This document shows positions 48,801 to 61,400 of a stretch of DNA of 64,000 bases, in pieces. Positions within the stretch are counted from its first letter, which is position 1. Each line of letters begins with the position of its first letter. A model generated the notes under the pieces. The model searched no databases. It was not told where the DNA came from and saw only the letters and a list, made by a program, of their open reading frames with translations. Source of the DNA: Mobula hypostoma (Eukaryota); the NCBI RefSeq assembly GCF_963921235.1, contig NC_086108.1, positions 5,766,001 through 5,830,000 on the forward strand. The letters run 5' to 3'. A program made the translations under genes and the position numbers.

Positions 48801-51800
48801 TCAGTCCGGGCAGATGGGGCCTGTTGGGAAGGGGCAAAGGTGGGTTACTGGCGCCTTAAAACCAGTGGCTCCTGGCAGATGGGGCTTGTCAGCTGTGGTC
48901 GGCAGCTCATCCAGGAGAAAGAAATCTCTGATCTGAAACCTCCGCTGCCTTGTGATTACACCGCTCAAGGCGAAGACTTCAGTAATAAACCCTGAGGGAA
49001 AAATCCGGAGCTGGAGTTCTTAAGGCAGTCCTACATTGAGTTCAATATTGACTGGCAACTGCTGCGATACTGTTGGTGCAAAACTGTGTCAGTCTCCGCA
49101 GTGCCTCTACGTTCATCAGCTGCGTGGAGAGGGGGAGCTTGCTGCACGGGCAACAGCTTGCTCTCCATATCGTCCTGCCCTGGCCTGTCTATCATGTAGA
49201 CAGCTGGGGCGTAACCTCCACGGACAACCCTGACCAACTGAGGACCCCAGTACTCCGCCTGACACTTGTACCTCATGTTTGATCAACTGCTGGAGGGTGG
49301 GAAATGCGTGCTAAGCTCGTAGCTTGGCCTCACAGAGCACTGCATCTATTTGTGTCGTAGATATGGAGGAATTTAATCTTTTTTTAATATATACTCCTGT
49401 AGCAATGCAGGGAAGAACTTCTCGCTCTGACAGCATTTCCATTATGGAACAGCAAATTGATAGTCTGAAGAGTTGCAAATATTTAACAAGAGATTCTGCT
49501 AAACTTTATCAATGGTGTTACTTAATAGGTAGTCCATTCTGGAATTTATTTATGCAGACAAGTGCGAGGTGTTGTCCTTCGGTAGGACCATCCAGGGTAG
49601 GTCTCACACAGTGAACGGTGGGCACTGAGGAATGTGGTTGATCAGAGGGATCTGGGAATACAGGTCCATAATTCATTGAAAGTGGTGGCACAGGTAGAGA
49701 GGGTCATAAAGAAAGTTACTGACACATTGGCCTTCAGAAATCAAAGAGATGGGATGTTATGTTGAAGTTGTATACGATGTTGGTGAGGTCTAATTTGGAG
49801 TATCGTGTGCAGTTTAGTCACCTACCTACAGGAAAGATGTAAATAAGGTTGAAAGAGTACAAGAGAAAATTCACAAGGATGTTGCCGGGTCTGGTTGAAC
49901 AGGTTAGAACTTTATTCCCAAAAATGTAGGAAATTGAGGGGAGGTTTGAACAGCTTTAAGTTCCTCGGCGTACACATCACTGAGGACCTCGTGGTCTGTA
50001 CACACCAGCTGTGTGGTGAAAAAAGCACAACAGCCCCTCTTTCACCTCAGACGGTTGAAGAAGTTTGGTATGGACCCCCAAATACTAAGAATTTTCTACA
50101 TGGGCACAATGTCAGCATCCTGACTGGCTGCATCACTGCCTGGTATGGGAACTGTAGATGTGAACTTCCCATGATTCAGGACATTTACAAAGACAGGTGT
50201 GTAAAAAGGGCCCATAGGATCACTGGGAACCCAAGTCACCCCAACCACAAACTGTTCCAGCTGCTACTATCTGGGAAAAAAGTACCACAGGATAAAAACC
50301 AGGACCAACAGGCTCCGGGACAGCTGCTTCCACCCAGGCCATCAGACTGATTAACTCACGCTGACACAACTGTATTTCTATGTTATATTGACTTTCCTGC
50401 TGTATGTATTATTCATTATAAATTACTATAAACTGCACATTGCACATTTAGACAGAGATGTAACGTAAAGATTTTTACTCCTCGTGTATGTGAAGGATGT
50501 AAGAAATAGTCAATTCAATTCAATTCAAAATTATGATGGGTATAGATGGGGTAAATGCAAGCAGGCTTTTTCCACTGAGGTTGGATGGGATTACAACCAG
50601 AGGTCATGGGTTAAGGGTGAAAAGTGAAAAGTTTAAGGGGAACATAAGGGGAAACTTCTTCACTCAGAGGGTGGTGAGAGTGTGGAACGAGCTGCCAGCA
50701 CAAGTGGTGCACGTGAGCTTGATCTCAGCATTTAAGAAAAGTTTAGATAGGTATGTGGGCGGTATGTGGAGGGCTGTGTATCCCGGTGCAGTTCAATGGG
50801 AGTAGGCAGTTTAAATAGTTTGGCACAGACTAGATGGGCTGAAGGGCCTGTTTCTGTGTTGCAATGTTCTATTTCTCTATGACTCTATGAAACTAAACTT
50901 AACAAGCTGAAACAGAAGGCACCAGATGGCATTGCTAAGAGCGAGTCACTCGAGAAGAGCACAAGGAATTCTAAATGATTAATGACTCTCGTTAAACAAA
51001 GATTAACCATTTGAGTTGTTCTTAAAAACCTCGGCGACCAGTGCGCCTGGCACCCCACGCAGGCCTGGAGAGCGCATTACAGGATCCAGAGCAACGCACA
51101 AAATTCTTGAGGAACTGTTCAGGTCAGGCAGCTCCCATGGAGAGGAAGAAATAGTCGACGTTTTAGCACCTTTCATCAGCAGAGGAAAGGTCGGGGTGCG
51201 GGGGGGGAGAAGCCAGAATAAGGAGGGAGGGGGAAGGAGTACAAGAAGGTAATATGTGAACCCAGGTGAGGTCGAGGGTAGGTGGATGGGGAAGAGGCAA
51301 TGAGATGATACATGGAAAAGATGAAAATCCGAAGAAGGAATCTGATATGAGGAAAGGTTTCAGAAGATGAGTTCTGCTCAGATGGTCTAGCAGAAAGGTT
51401 GAAGGACCTGCCTCTGAAGCAGGTTCTAATAACCTCTTGTTCTGTTTGTTGCTAGTTATCCATGTACTGGAAGTACAGCCATTGGAGTTTGGGAACTTCA
51501 CACACAAAATTCAATTAGATCATGACTAGGTCGGGCTGTTAAGTGTGTGTCTTTTGAAGGGCGACTCCCAAGATGTGGAAAGTGGTTGATATTTTCCAGA
51601 GGGAAGGAGGGGCAAGTTGGTCAAGAACAGTTACCTTACCGATGTTGACTGCTAAGCCCGTTAAATGAATGATGCTAACTTTGGGAGCCTAGCGTTTAGC
51701 TCGTGTGAAGACCAGCATCACCTGGCTACTTCAGCATAGTCACCAAAGTTGTGGTGACCTTGTACCTGGAGTGCACTTACTGCTGGTTTCCGGTAGTCTT

Positions 51801-52960
51801 AAAGATTACATAGAACAGTAGAGGCATTTTGGCACACAACGTTGTGCCAGTACTTTAATCTACTCCAGGATAAATCTAACCTTTCCCTCCCACATAGCTC
51901 TCCATTTTTCTATCATCATTGTGCCTACCTAAGAGATTCTGAAGTGTCCCTAATACATTTGCCTTTAACTGTACTCTGGCAGTGCCCACTATTCTTGGTG
52001 TGAACAAAACACTTACCTCTGACATCCCCTCACTTACTCTCATCCACACCTACCGCTGTGTATCAAAACTCACCTCTGATATTCCCCCCCCCCCCATACT
52101 TTTCTCCAATCACCTTAAAATGATGCCCTCTCACGTTCGGCATTTCTGCCCTGCGATGAAGACTCTGGCTGGCCACCCGATCTGTGTATCTTATCATTTT
52201 GCACACCTCTATCACGTCACCTCTCATCCTGCTTCACTCCAAAGAGAAAACCCTTCGCTCACTCAGCCTATCCTCATAAGTCATGCTCTCTGATCCAGGC
52301 AGCATCCCGGTAAATTTCCTCTCTAAAGCTTCCACATCCTGCCTATAATGAGGTGACCAGAACTGAACACAACATTATGGAGCTGCAACATTACCTTACG
52401 GCTGTTCAGCTCAATCCCCTGACTGATGAAGGCCAGCGCATCACACTTCATCTTAACCACCCTCTCAATCTGATTTCTTTATTTTGAGTTGCAGTACAGA
52501 ACAGGCCCTTCCGGCCCAGTGAGCGGCAACCCACCTATTTAACACTGGCCTAATGACGGGACAATTTACAATGACCAACGAACCTACGAACCAGTATGTC
52601 TTTGGACTGTGAGAGGAATCCCGAGCACCCGGAGGAAACCCGCGTATTCACGAGGAGGAACATAGAAAACTCCTTCCAGGCGGATTAAAATTGAGCTCTG
52701 AACTCCGATGCCCCGAGATGTAATGGCGTCGTGCTCACTGTGATGCCCTAACTTGCACAGCAACTTTGAGAGTTTGCTCCAGTCCTGTTGGAACTTTGGA
52801 TGAAAGTTGTAGCAATTTATTAGGGGGGGTGGGGGGGGGCTGTATGGTTGGTGGTGGAGTTGTAAGTATCAGGGAAAACCTTGCACTCGGGACTGGTCTG
52901 TGTTGAACCTTCATTTGAGTTGACACCTGTTTTTCCTCCTTGCGAACATTCACTTCACAG

Positions 52961-52980
52961 TACCTGACTTGCTAGTCTGA
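52961..52980 (+). CDS. Candidate terminal coding exon of the SMOC gene (IPDLLV*)
   Basis: Pyrimidine-rich acceptor ...cacttcacag|TACCTGACTTGCTAGTCTGA in non-repeat sequence; phase 1 gives IPDLLV-stop, like the SMOC1 (I/V)GRLV-stop ending. Short match, so could be chance. Confidence 0.5.
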
Positions 52981-53169
52981 AGATCCGAGCCAAGCAGATC
53001 TTCGTAGTTTTGTGTCAGCTGGGGTTGTTGTTTGTCCACATGTTTATGGTTAACATTGTGCATGTGGTAACAGATGTCAGCAAGCGCGTAAATCAAAACG
53101 CCACGTAATTCACATTAATCCTGCCTGTGAGAGTGAGCTAAGTGGACATAAGGTTAGTTTGGCGCCTTT

Positions 53170-53850
53170 GGAGGTTAAAATATTGACAGCAACACCCACA
53201 AGATGCTGGAGGAACTCAGCAGGTCAGGCAGCATCTACGAGAAAGAGTAAAGAGTTGATATTTTGGGCTGAGACCCTTCATCAAGACTGGAAAGGAAAGG
53301 GGAAAAAGTCAGAGTGAGAAGGTGGGGCAGGGGAGGAAGAAGAAGATGGAGATGGGTGATAGGTGAAACCAGGAGAAGGGGAGCGGTGAAGTAAACAGCT
53401 GGGAAATTGATTGGTGAAAGAGATAAGGGGAGGGGGGATCTGATAGGAGAGGGTAAAGGACCATGGAAGCATGGAAAGGGGGAGAAGCACCAGAGGGAGG
53501 TGATGGATAGTTAAGGAGATAGGATGAGAGAGGGAAATGGGAATGGGGGATGGTGAAGGGGGGGTGCAATTACTGGAAATTTGAGAAATCGATGTTCATG
53601 CCATCAGGTTGGAGGCTACCCAGATGGAATATAATGTATTGCTCCTTCATCCTGAGGGTGGCCTCATCGTGGCAGTCAAGGAGGTCATGGACTGACATAT
53701 CGGAATGGGAATGGGAAGTAGAATTGAAATGGGTGGCCACTGGGCGATCCCGTTTTTGTGGCAGATGGAGTGAAGATGCTCAGTAAAGCGGTCTCCCAAT
53801 CTATGTTGGGTCTCACTGATATGCAGAGGGCGTGCCGGGAGAGCCAGATA
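53170..53850 (-). mobile_element. Penelope-like element 3' end: GIY-YIG remnant plus terminal repeat
   Basis: Minus strand CISETQHRLGDRFTEHL...PVATHFNSTSHSHSDMSV...EQYIIFHLGSLQPDGMNIDFSN, then the terminal repeat with a decayed hammerhead core at 53253-53288. Confidence 0.85.
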
Positions 53851-54123
53851 CCTGGGATACTGAATATTAAGAGTGGGCTGGGGTTAAAATGGGTACCATC
53901 ACGTTTTGCCTTTTAACTTTTTAGAAGTTACTTTGAATTTTTCTTCCTCTCCTGAGCTGATGCTGAAGGGAGCTTTGTAAGCATTCACAGAGGAAGTTTG
54001 GACCCTGGAATATGTCACAAGGCTTTACAAAGGAATTAAGAGTTTTGGGAAAGTGGAAGAGGAGGCAGGAAAGGGAAGCGTGCTAAAGTTTTCAGGAAAG
54101 CCTAGTGGAGAGTGAATCTGCAA

Positions 54124-55390
54124 TCAGTGGCCACTTTATTAGGTACTCCTGTACACCTACACGTTAGTTCACATATCTAATCAGCCAATCGTGTGGCAGG
54201 AACTCAATGCATAAAGAATGCAGACACGATCACGTTGTTCAGCCCAAACAGAATGGGGGAGAAATGTGACCGAAATGACCTTGACTATGGCATGATGTTA
54301 GTGTCAGACAGGATGATTTGAGTATCTCTAAAACTGATGATCTCCAGGGATTTTCACACACAACAGTCTCTTAGAGGTTACAGAGAATTAAATTAGATTA
54401 GATTATGAGGACACACAGTCCCCTTTTATTGTCACTTAGTAATGCATGCATTAAGAAATGATACAATATTCCTCCGGTGTGATATCACAGAAACACAGGA
54501 CAGACCAAGACTGAAAAACTAACAAAAACCACATAATTATAACACACATCAAAGTTGCTGGTGAACGCAGCAGGTCAGGCAGCATCTCTAGGAAGAGGTA
54601 CAGTCGACGTTTCAGGCCGAGACCCTTCGTCAGGACTAACTGAAGAAAGAGCTAGTAAGAGATTTTAAAGTGGGAGGGGGAGGGGGAGGGGGTTATAATT
54701 ATTATAACATATAGTTACAACAGTGCAACAATACCATAACTTGATGAAGAACAGGCCATGGCACAGTAGAAAAGTTCAAAGTCTCTCGAAAGTTCCACAT
54801 CTCACGCAGACGGGAGAAGGAAGAAAACTCTCCCTGCCATGCCCGACCACAGTCCGACTCTGAGTCGTCCGAAAAATTCGAGCCTCTGATCAGCCCTCCG
54901 ACACCGAGTACCGAGCGCCATCTCTGCCGAATGCTTCGATCTCAGCCTCGGTCGCCAGCAGCAGGCAAAGCTGGGGATTTTGGGGCCTTCCCTCCGGAGA
55001 TTCTCGATCGCACAGTAGCAGCGGCAGCGAAGCGGGCATTTCAGAAGTTTCTCCAGATGTTCCTCTGTGTTTCTCATGTCTGTCTCCATCAAATCAGAAT
55101 TAAGAATGGTGCGAGAAACAGAAGAACATTCAGTGAGCAGCATTTCTGTGGACGAAAACACCTTGGTAATGAGAGAGGTCGGAGGAGAATGTCCAGACTG
55201 GTTCCAGCTGACAGGAAGGCGACAGTAACAAATATCGACACATTACAACAGCAGTATGCAGAAGAGCATCTCTGAACGCACAGCATGTCGATCCTTGAAG
55301 TGGATGGACGACAACAGCAGAAGACCATGAACATACACTCAGTGGCTACTTTATTAGGTACAGGAGGCGCTGAATAAAATGACCACACAG
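54124..55390 (+). mobile_element. Internally deleted Tc1-like element with two nested insertions
   Basis: Terminus CAGTGGCCACTTTATTAGGTAC; transposase HTH remnant CGRKHLGNERGRRRMSRLVPADRKATVT. Confidence 0.75.
54602..54637 (-). ncRNA. Minimal type I hammerhead ribozyme motif in a Penelope-like terminal repeat
   Basis: Minus strand AGUC-CUGACGA-AGG(gucucgg)CCU-GAA-ACGU-C-GACU: stem I AGUC/GACU, CUGANGA and GAAA cores, stem II AGG/CCU, palindromic ACGU in place of helix III. Confidence 0.75.
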
Positions 55391-58205
55391 GAATTGAGTC
55401 TGGGTCGCTGGTACGGTAAAGTGCTGCGCTAACCACCACGGTACTGTGCCACCCCAAACTGAAGGGCGTAATGAAATACAGTACAATAAAGACAATCTTA
55501 CACCTTTCGTAAACTTTTTTCTCATCTGTCTTTATTCCAACTGCGTGGCAACGAGGGCTATGTGTGCAGGAACATTTTAGTTACTGCGTGGCTGTGCACT
55601 GGTGCCTGTTAGAGGGAACAGTGCACTAATATGCCTATCTGAATGTCTCTTGAAAATAGTTCAGCCTCTACACCACCCCAGGCAGTGGGGCAGCTCTGTT
55701 GTGATTCCCTCTTGCTGACTCCAGCACACAGATCCCAACACTACTCCGAAGCAGATATTCCGTTTGATTTTCAGTACCTGTAAAGGCAGCTATGGAAGTT
55801 GAACTTTTATTTAGATACAGCGTGGAGTAGGCCCTCCCGGCCCAGCAAGCTGCACTGCCCGGCAACCCCGCTATTTAACCCTAGCCTAATCAAGGGACAA
55901 GTTACAATGACTAATTAACCTACTGACCGGTACGTCTTTGGACTGTGGGAGGAAACCAGAGCACCCGGAGGAAACTGGCACGATTCAGCGGGAGAACATA
56001 CAAACTCGTTACAGACGGCACCGGAATTAAACTCTGAACTCGGGAATGCCCTAGCTGTAATAGCGATGTGCTAACCGCTACCTTACCATGGCGCCCTGAT
56101 TAATTTAGCAGACTCTCTTGCCTGTTCCAGTAAAGAAGTCTAATTAGAAATGATGTTGACTAATTGAAAAGCTTCACTTCTCTTCCTACTCATGATCATC
56201 ATCTTTATGTGCCATGCCGTATGACGTGGGCAATCATGGGCTTTCCATGACGGTGATTGTTCTTGGCAAATTTCTCCACTGAACTGGTTTGCCATTGCCT
56301 CCTTTTGGGCCACAAGTTGGGTGACCCCAGCCATTATCAATACTCTTCAGAGACTGTCTGCCTGGGGTCAGTGGTCACATAACCAGGACTTGTGATCTGC
56401 ACCGGCTGCTCATACGACCATCCACCACCTACTTTCATGAATTAGATTATGAGGACACGCAGTCCTCTTTTATTGTCATTTAGTAATGCATGCTTTAAGA
56501 AATGATACAATATTTCCTCCGGTGTGATATCACAAAACACAGGACAGACCAAGACTGAAAAAACTAAGAAAACCACATAATTATAACCTATAGTTACATC
56601 AGTGTAACAATACCATAACCTGATGAAGAACAGGCCATGGGCACAGTAAAAGAATTCAAAGTCTCTCGAAAGTCCCACATCTCACGCAGACGGGAGAAGG
56701 AAGAAAACTCTCCCTGCCATGCCCGACCACAGTCCGACTCTGAGTCATCTGAAAACTTCGAGCCTCCGATCAGTTCTCCGACACCGAGTACCGAGCACCC
56801 ATCTCTATCTGAACGATTCAACCTCAATCTCAGTCGCCAACAGCAGGCAAAGCCGGGGATTTTGAGGCCTTCCCTCCGGAAGATTCTCGATCGCACAGTA
56901 ACAACAGCAGCAAACTGGCATTTCAGAAATTTCTCCAGATGTTCCTCTGCGCTTTCACGTCTGTCTCCATCAAATCACAATTGTCCACTGACCCTGATTG
57001 GGGGGGGGGCCTGAGCAGGTGGTACACTTTGCCCAAGGGTGACCTGTAGGCTAGCAGAGGGAAGGAGTGACTTATACCACCTTTGGTAGAGATGTATCTC
57101 CACTCTGCCACCGCGGTCTTCCTATTGCAGATCGGAATATCACAGCCACTGGTCTATACTGGTTTAGTCTATAGTTGTAATTGGCCTTGGTGTTTGGTGC
57201 CAGATACAACAAAACTAGTTAGCATTCCTGCTAGTGTTTGAATTCTCGAGTGTAAGATCGATCAATACTTGTGCAACACAAAGTGCTCAGCAGGTCAGGC
57301 AGCATCTATTGAAAAGAATAAACAATCAATGTTTAGGGCCGAGACCCTTCTTTTGGACTGGAAAGGAAGTGGGAAGAACCCAGAATAAGCAGGTAGGGGG
57401 AGGATGACACACTAGAGTGTGGTAGGTGGGTGGGTGGAGTAAGAATCTGGGCCACACTGGATACGGTAGACGACCCCAACAGGCATGCATGTTCAAAGTT
57501 CAAAGTTCAAAATAAAATATATTATCAGTGTACATACATGTCACCACATACAACCCTGAGATTCTTTTTCTGCAGGCATACTTAGAAAATCTATAGAACA
57601 GTAACTGTAAGCAGGATCAATGGACATGAAACCGTGCGAATGCAGATATAAATGTGAGATGTCACCTCACCTGGGAGGACTGTTTGGGGCCCTGAATGAA
57701 GGTGAGGGAGGACGCGAATGGGCAGGTGTAGCACTTAGACTGCTTGTAAGATGCCATGAGGGAGATTAGTGGGGAGAGACAAGGGAATCATTGAAGGAAT
57801 GATCTCTGTGGAAGGTGGAGAGTGAAGGGTGAGTGAAGATATGTTTGGTGGTAGAGTGTCATTGAAAATGGTGGAAGCTGTGGAGGCTCATGGGATGGTA
57901 GGCAAGGACATGGAACTCTATCACTGTTAAGGCAGTGGGAAGATGTCTGTGAAATGGAGGAGATGTGGGTCATTCTCTGCTCTCAGGCCTGATCCCTGCC
58001 ACCTCAATTCAGCCCATACACAACACAACACAACGCTACACTACACTACACAACCATGCTGCACATTCAAGACTTAAGTTCACACCAAAAAAATGGTCAA
58101 TCAGGTGGTTCAAAAGCTCAACTCTGACAGGGATGTTACAGGCTATTGTTTGCAGTGATCATTTACAGAAGAAGTGTGATTAATAAAGTATTTAGTAATT
58201 GCCCT

Positions 58206-58439
58206 ACAACCATCAGGCTCCTGAACCAGTGTGGATAACTTCACTCACCCCAATGAGCCTCAGGTCCCACACCACCAGGTTCAGGAACAGTTATTACCCC
58301 ACAACCATCAGGCTCCTGAACCAGTGTGGATAACTTCACTCACCCCAATGAGCCTCAGGTCCCACACCACCAGGTTCAGGAACAGTTATTACCCCACAAC
58401 CATCAGGCTCCTGAACCAGTGTGGATAACTTCACTCACC
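58206..58439 (+). repeat. 95-bp tandem repeat, about 2.5 units (same family as 1363 and 34195)
   Basis: Same unit with junction variant CCCAATGAG; continues into a LINE tail. Confidence 0.92.
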
Positions 58440-61400
58440 TCAACACTGAACTGACTCTGCAGCCTATAAACTCACTTTCAGGGACTCTACAATGCTTGTT
58501 CTCAGTAATTGAACAGTTTGCCATTTGCACATTAGTTACTTATCAATATTTGTTGATGTAAATTCTCTATAAATTCTATTGTATGATTTTATTTTCCTGT
58601 AAATGCCTGCAAGAAAACAAATCTCAGGGTACTCTGTGGTAAGATATAAACTTTGATCATATATTTACTTCGACTTCGACTATCTCACAGAAGAGAAAAG
58701 AAACTTTTCCCAGTATCCGGAACATTTGCTGCTAATTATCATCATTAAAGCAGATTATCTGATCATTATCATATTGTCTGTGGAAACTAACTGTGTGCAG
58801 TTTGCCTCTGAATGTTAAAACATTGACTTGAGTAACTTGCCTCAACATAGGATCTAAAATGCTCTAACGGTAAGATGAATCACAGCAACTTCTGCGGGTG
58901 TATTGTCATTTTTAAATGCGTTTTTTACTGTTGCAAGACTCTGCTGGACATTGAGAACTTAAGGTCTGGCTCCAGCTCTGGTCTACCCCATCAGCAAGTT
59001 GCCTGTTGGCTGAGAAACTGAAGGAACTGGACTGTGATGCTGCCTGCAACAGAGAGGCGTTGGTGCGCGGAGGAGGCATGTAGTCCAACAAAGATTCAAA
59101 AAGATTCAAAGTATATTTATGGAATACAGCCCTGAGATTCAACCTGCTGAAGGCAACCACAAAAACAAAGAAACACCATGGAACCCATTCAAGAAAACAT
59201 CAAACACCCAACACGTGAAAAAGATCAAACTGAGCAAACGGCAATAAGCAAGCAAACACACAGAGTATGGACCATCAAACCAGGAGTCCAGTTTAGTTCA
59301 GTTCAGCGGCTCACTGCTAGCCCACTGCAGGCAGCGCGCAGAGCCATCTGCTGAAGCGCCCCAGTCCGTATTGACCACCGCCCCCCAATCAAACTGCCCC
59401 AAAACACCAAAAAAAAGAGTAACCAGAATTTAAGTACACATGCAACATGAACCTCAAAGGTCCCCCAAAACAAGTCTAGAGCCTCACCGATCAGTCCTTG
59501 CAGCATGGAACTCAAAACTCCTGCACCTTCCTCCGACAGCGGCTAGCGAGAGAGAGAAGTAGACCGTTCAAACACAGGCAGACGATGCCGAACACTCACC
59601 CGTCCTCTGCTCTCATCCTTGTTGACTTCAAACTTGCTCGGCACCTCAAATGGGGAGAAGCAATGGAGTCGATCATGGGCTCCAGCCCGCGACATCTCAA
59701 TTGGAGAGAACAATGGAGTTGATTATGGGATTGCGCCCTTGACATCTCAGTCGGAGAGAAGCAATGGAGTCGGTCATGGACTCCAGGCCACATTCTCTGC
59801 TCCAAACCTCATCAAAATCCCTTGGAGGCAGCAAGGTGCCAAATCACTCAAGCAGCCTAAACTATAAATCTTGGGTTCCAATCATATGCAGCTTAGTAGG
59901 AGAATTATATTTGAAAGAAGAAGTAGAATTAAAAGAAGTAGTTTTGTGCACTGTCCGCATTGTTCAGCAAGAGACCATCTCAATTATTTTCTTGTGATCA
60001 CAAGACCCTTTTGGACATTGGTGATGAAATTGCTTTGTTGGCAAATGGCGGGGTGGAGTTGTGTGGCCTCAGTTGTAGCGAGGACCAGGCCTCAGACTGT
60101 GGTGTCCCCTACTTGCAACCGTCCGGGCGAGCACTCCACTGGATCTCAAGTAGCGCAGTATCCATGCTGGAGCTGGTGCTGCCCCCGGTGTTTGCACAGC
60201 AGAAGACAAGCTGTATTGTGTTCAGCTGCAGACTGCTGTAACATTCATGGACACAGGGACTTGGACTATATTTTTTTGTGTGGCTGCACGTTTACTGCTA
60301 TCTTATTTGTGCCTTGAGCTGTTGCTACTGTGTTTTGTACCTTGGTCCTGGAGTAAGGCTGTTTCGATTGCTGTATTTGTGGGTTTTTATGTATGGTTAA
60401 ATGACAATTAAACTTGAACTTGAAATGGTTTAGGATATATGAGCTATCTAAATCAATTTATCCTAATGTCTTAATGTAGAGGTTCAAAACATTAGCATTT
60501 CCTCCCATAAATGCTGCTGGACATGCAGAATTTGAGTCACTGAGAAGTACAGCACAGAAACAGACCCTTCAGCCCAACTAGTTCATGCTTCCAGAATTTG
60601 TTGCTCCTGATTTAAGCACCTGCAGTCCCTTTTGTCTCTATCTATCTGTCTCCCTCCTCCTCCCCTTTCCTTGGAATAGTCTTTCATACGGATTACTATC
60701 AGTTTCACCATCGTCTCCGGCATTGAGTTCCTGATCAGTTGGGTTTATTAACACTGCTGTTCTAACCCTACCCCTTATACTTTTGTTTTAGAACATAGAG
60801 ACCAGTACAGCACAGGAACAGGCCCTTTAGTCCACAGTGTTGTGCCAAATCAGATAAATTAGTAACCAAATGGTCCCTTATGACTACACAATATCCATAT
60901 CCTTCCATTTTCCATACATTCATGTGTTTATCTGTGAGGGCTCTGTTGGACAGAGCTGACCATAGAGGTTGTGCCCAGCTGCCTAGAAACACAAGCCGGG
61001 ACAGTTCGAAATGGAGAGAAAGATGTTGCCCATGTAGCAAGCTCCCCCTCTCCATGTAGCTGATGAACCCAAAGGAACAGCTCAGACCGATACAGTTTGG
61101 CACCAGCAGCATTGCTGGAGTTGCCAGTCAGTGTTGAACTCAATGTAGGACTGCCTTGGGACTTTTCCTCAGGGTTTACTCTCATGGCCTTCCCCATGAG
61201 TGGATATAGATGCAAGGTAGCGGAGGCTTGAGGTCAAAGTTTTTCTTCTCCTAGATGAGCTGCCAACCACGGCTGATGAGCCCCATCTGCCCAAAGCGAC
61301 TAGTTTTAAGGTGCCAGTCACCTGCCTTTGCCCCTTCTCCTGTCAGTAGAAACAGATTTGCTGGGCTTAGTAGCTAAGCAAGGCATCAAGGCCAGGAGTT

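Larger units (their letters stand above)
724..52980 (+). other. smoc1: SMOC-family gene (SPARC-related modular calcium-binding protein 1-like), 5'-partial; paralogue identity unresolved
   Basis: Nine exons splice in frame to (E)RSKVRCQEDRAQALAQTRKTTDSIIVPECNEDGTFAQVQCHKLTGYCWCVTPEGKPVSGSSVHNQTPTCSDFTKDKTSQRARDSSRTEQGVKLQANTRTMSRNKGKELSYPAPWFLFIRDAKSNRSSKLDQPVSCEQERRAAIEEAKLHQYEGAFVPQCSAGGRYKQVQCHQATGYCWCVQVDSGHPIQGTTARNQTPDCGSSAKSKVSEMAPLFRDRKLQGCPGGKKTEFVTGLLKSLIMDMAQASSLLTWRRLSEGSVGFLLEDRAIRWYFGKLDKDLNSEISEKELRPFKVYLRKNAKPRKCTRKFIEYCDLNGSKSISLQELKGCLGFIKGR. Two TY domains plus an EC domain is SMOC architecture. Family call is strong; SMOC1 orthology and the 3' end are weaker. Confidence 0.9.

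Noticed and set aside
59645..59790. Three ~50-bp imperfect repeats (GGAGAAGCAATGGAGTCGATCATGG)
   Set aside because: Short, degenerate and apparently within a dispersed repeat; no evidence of function.
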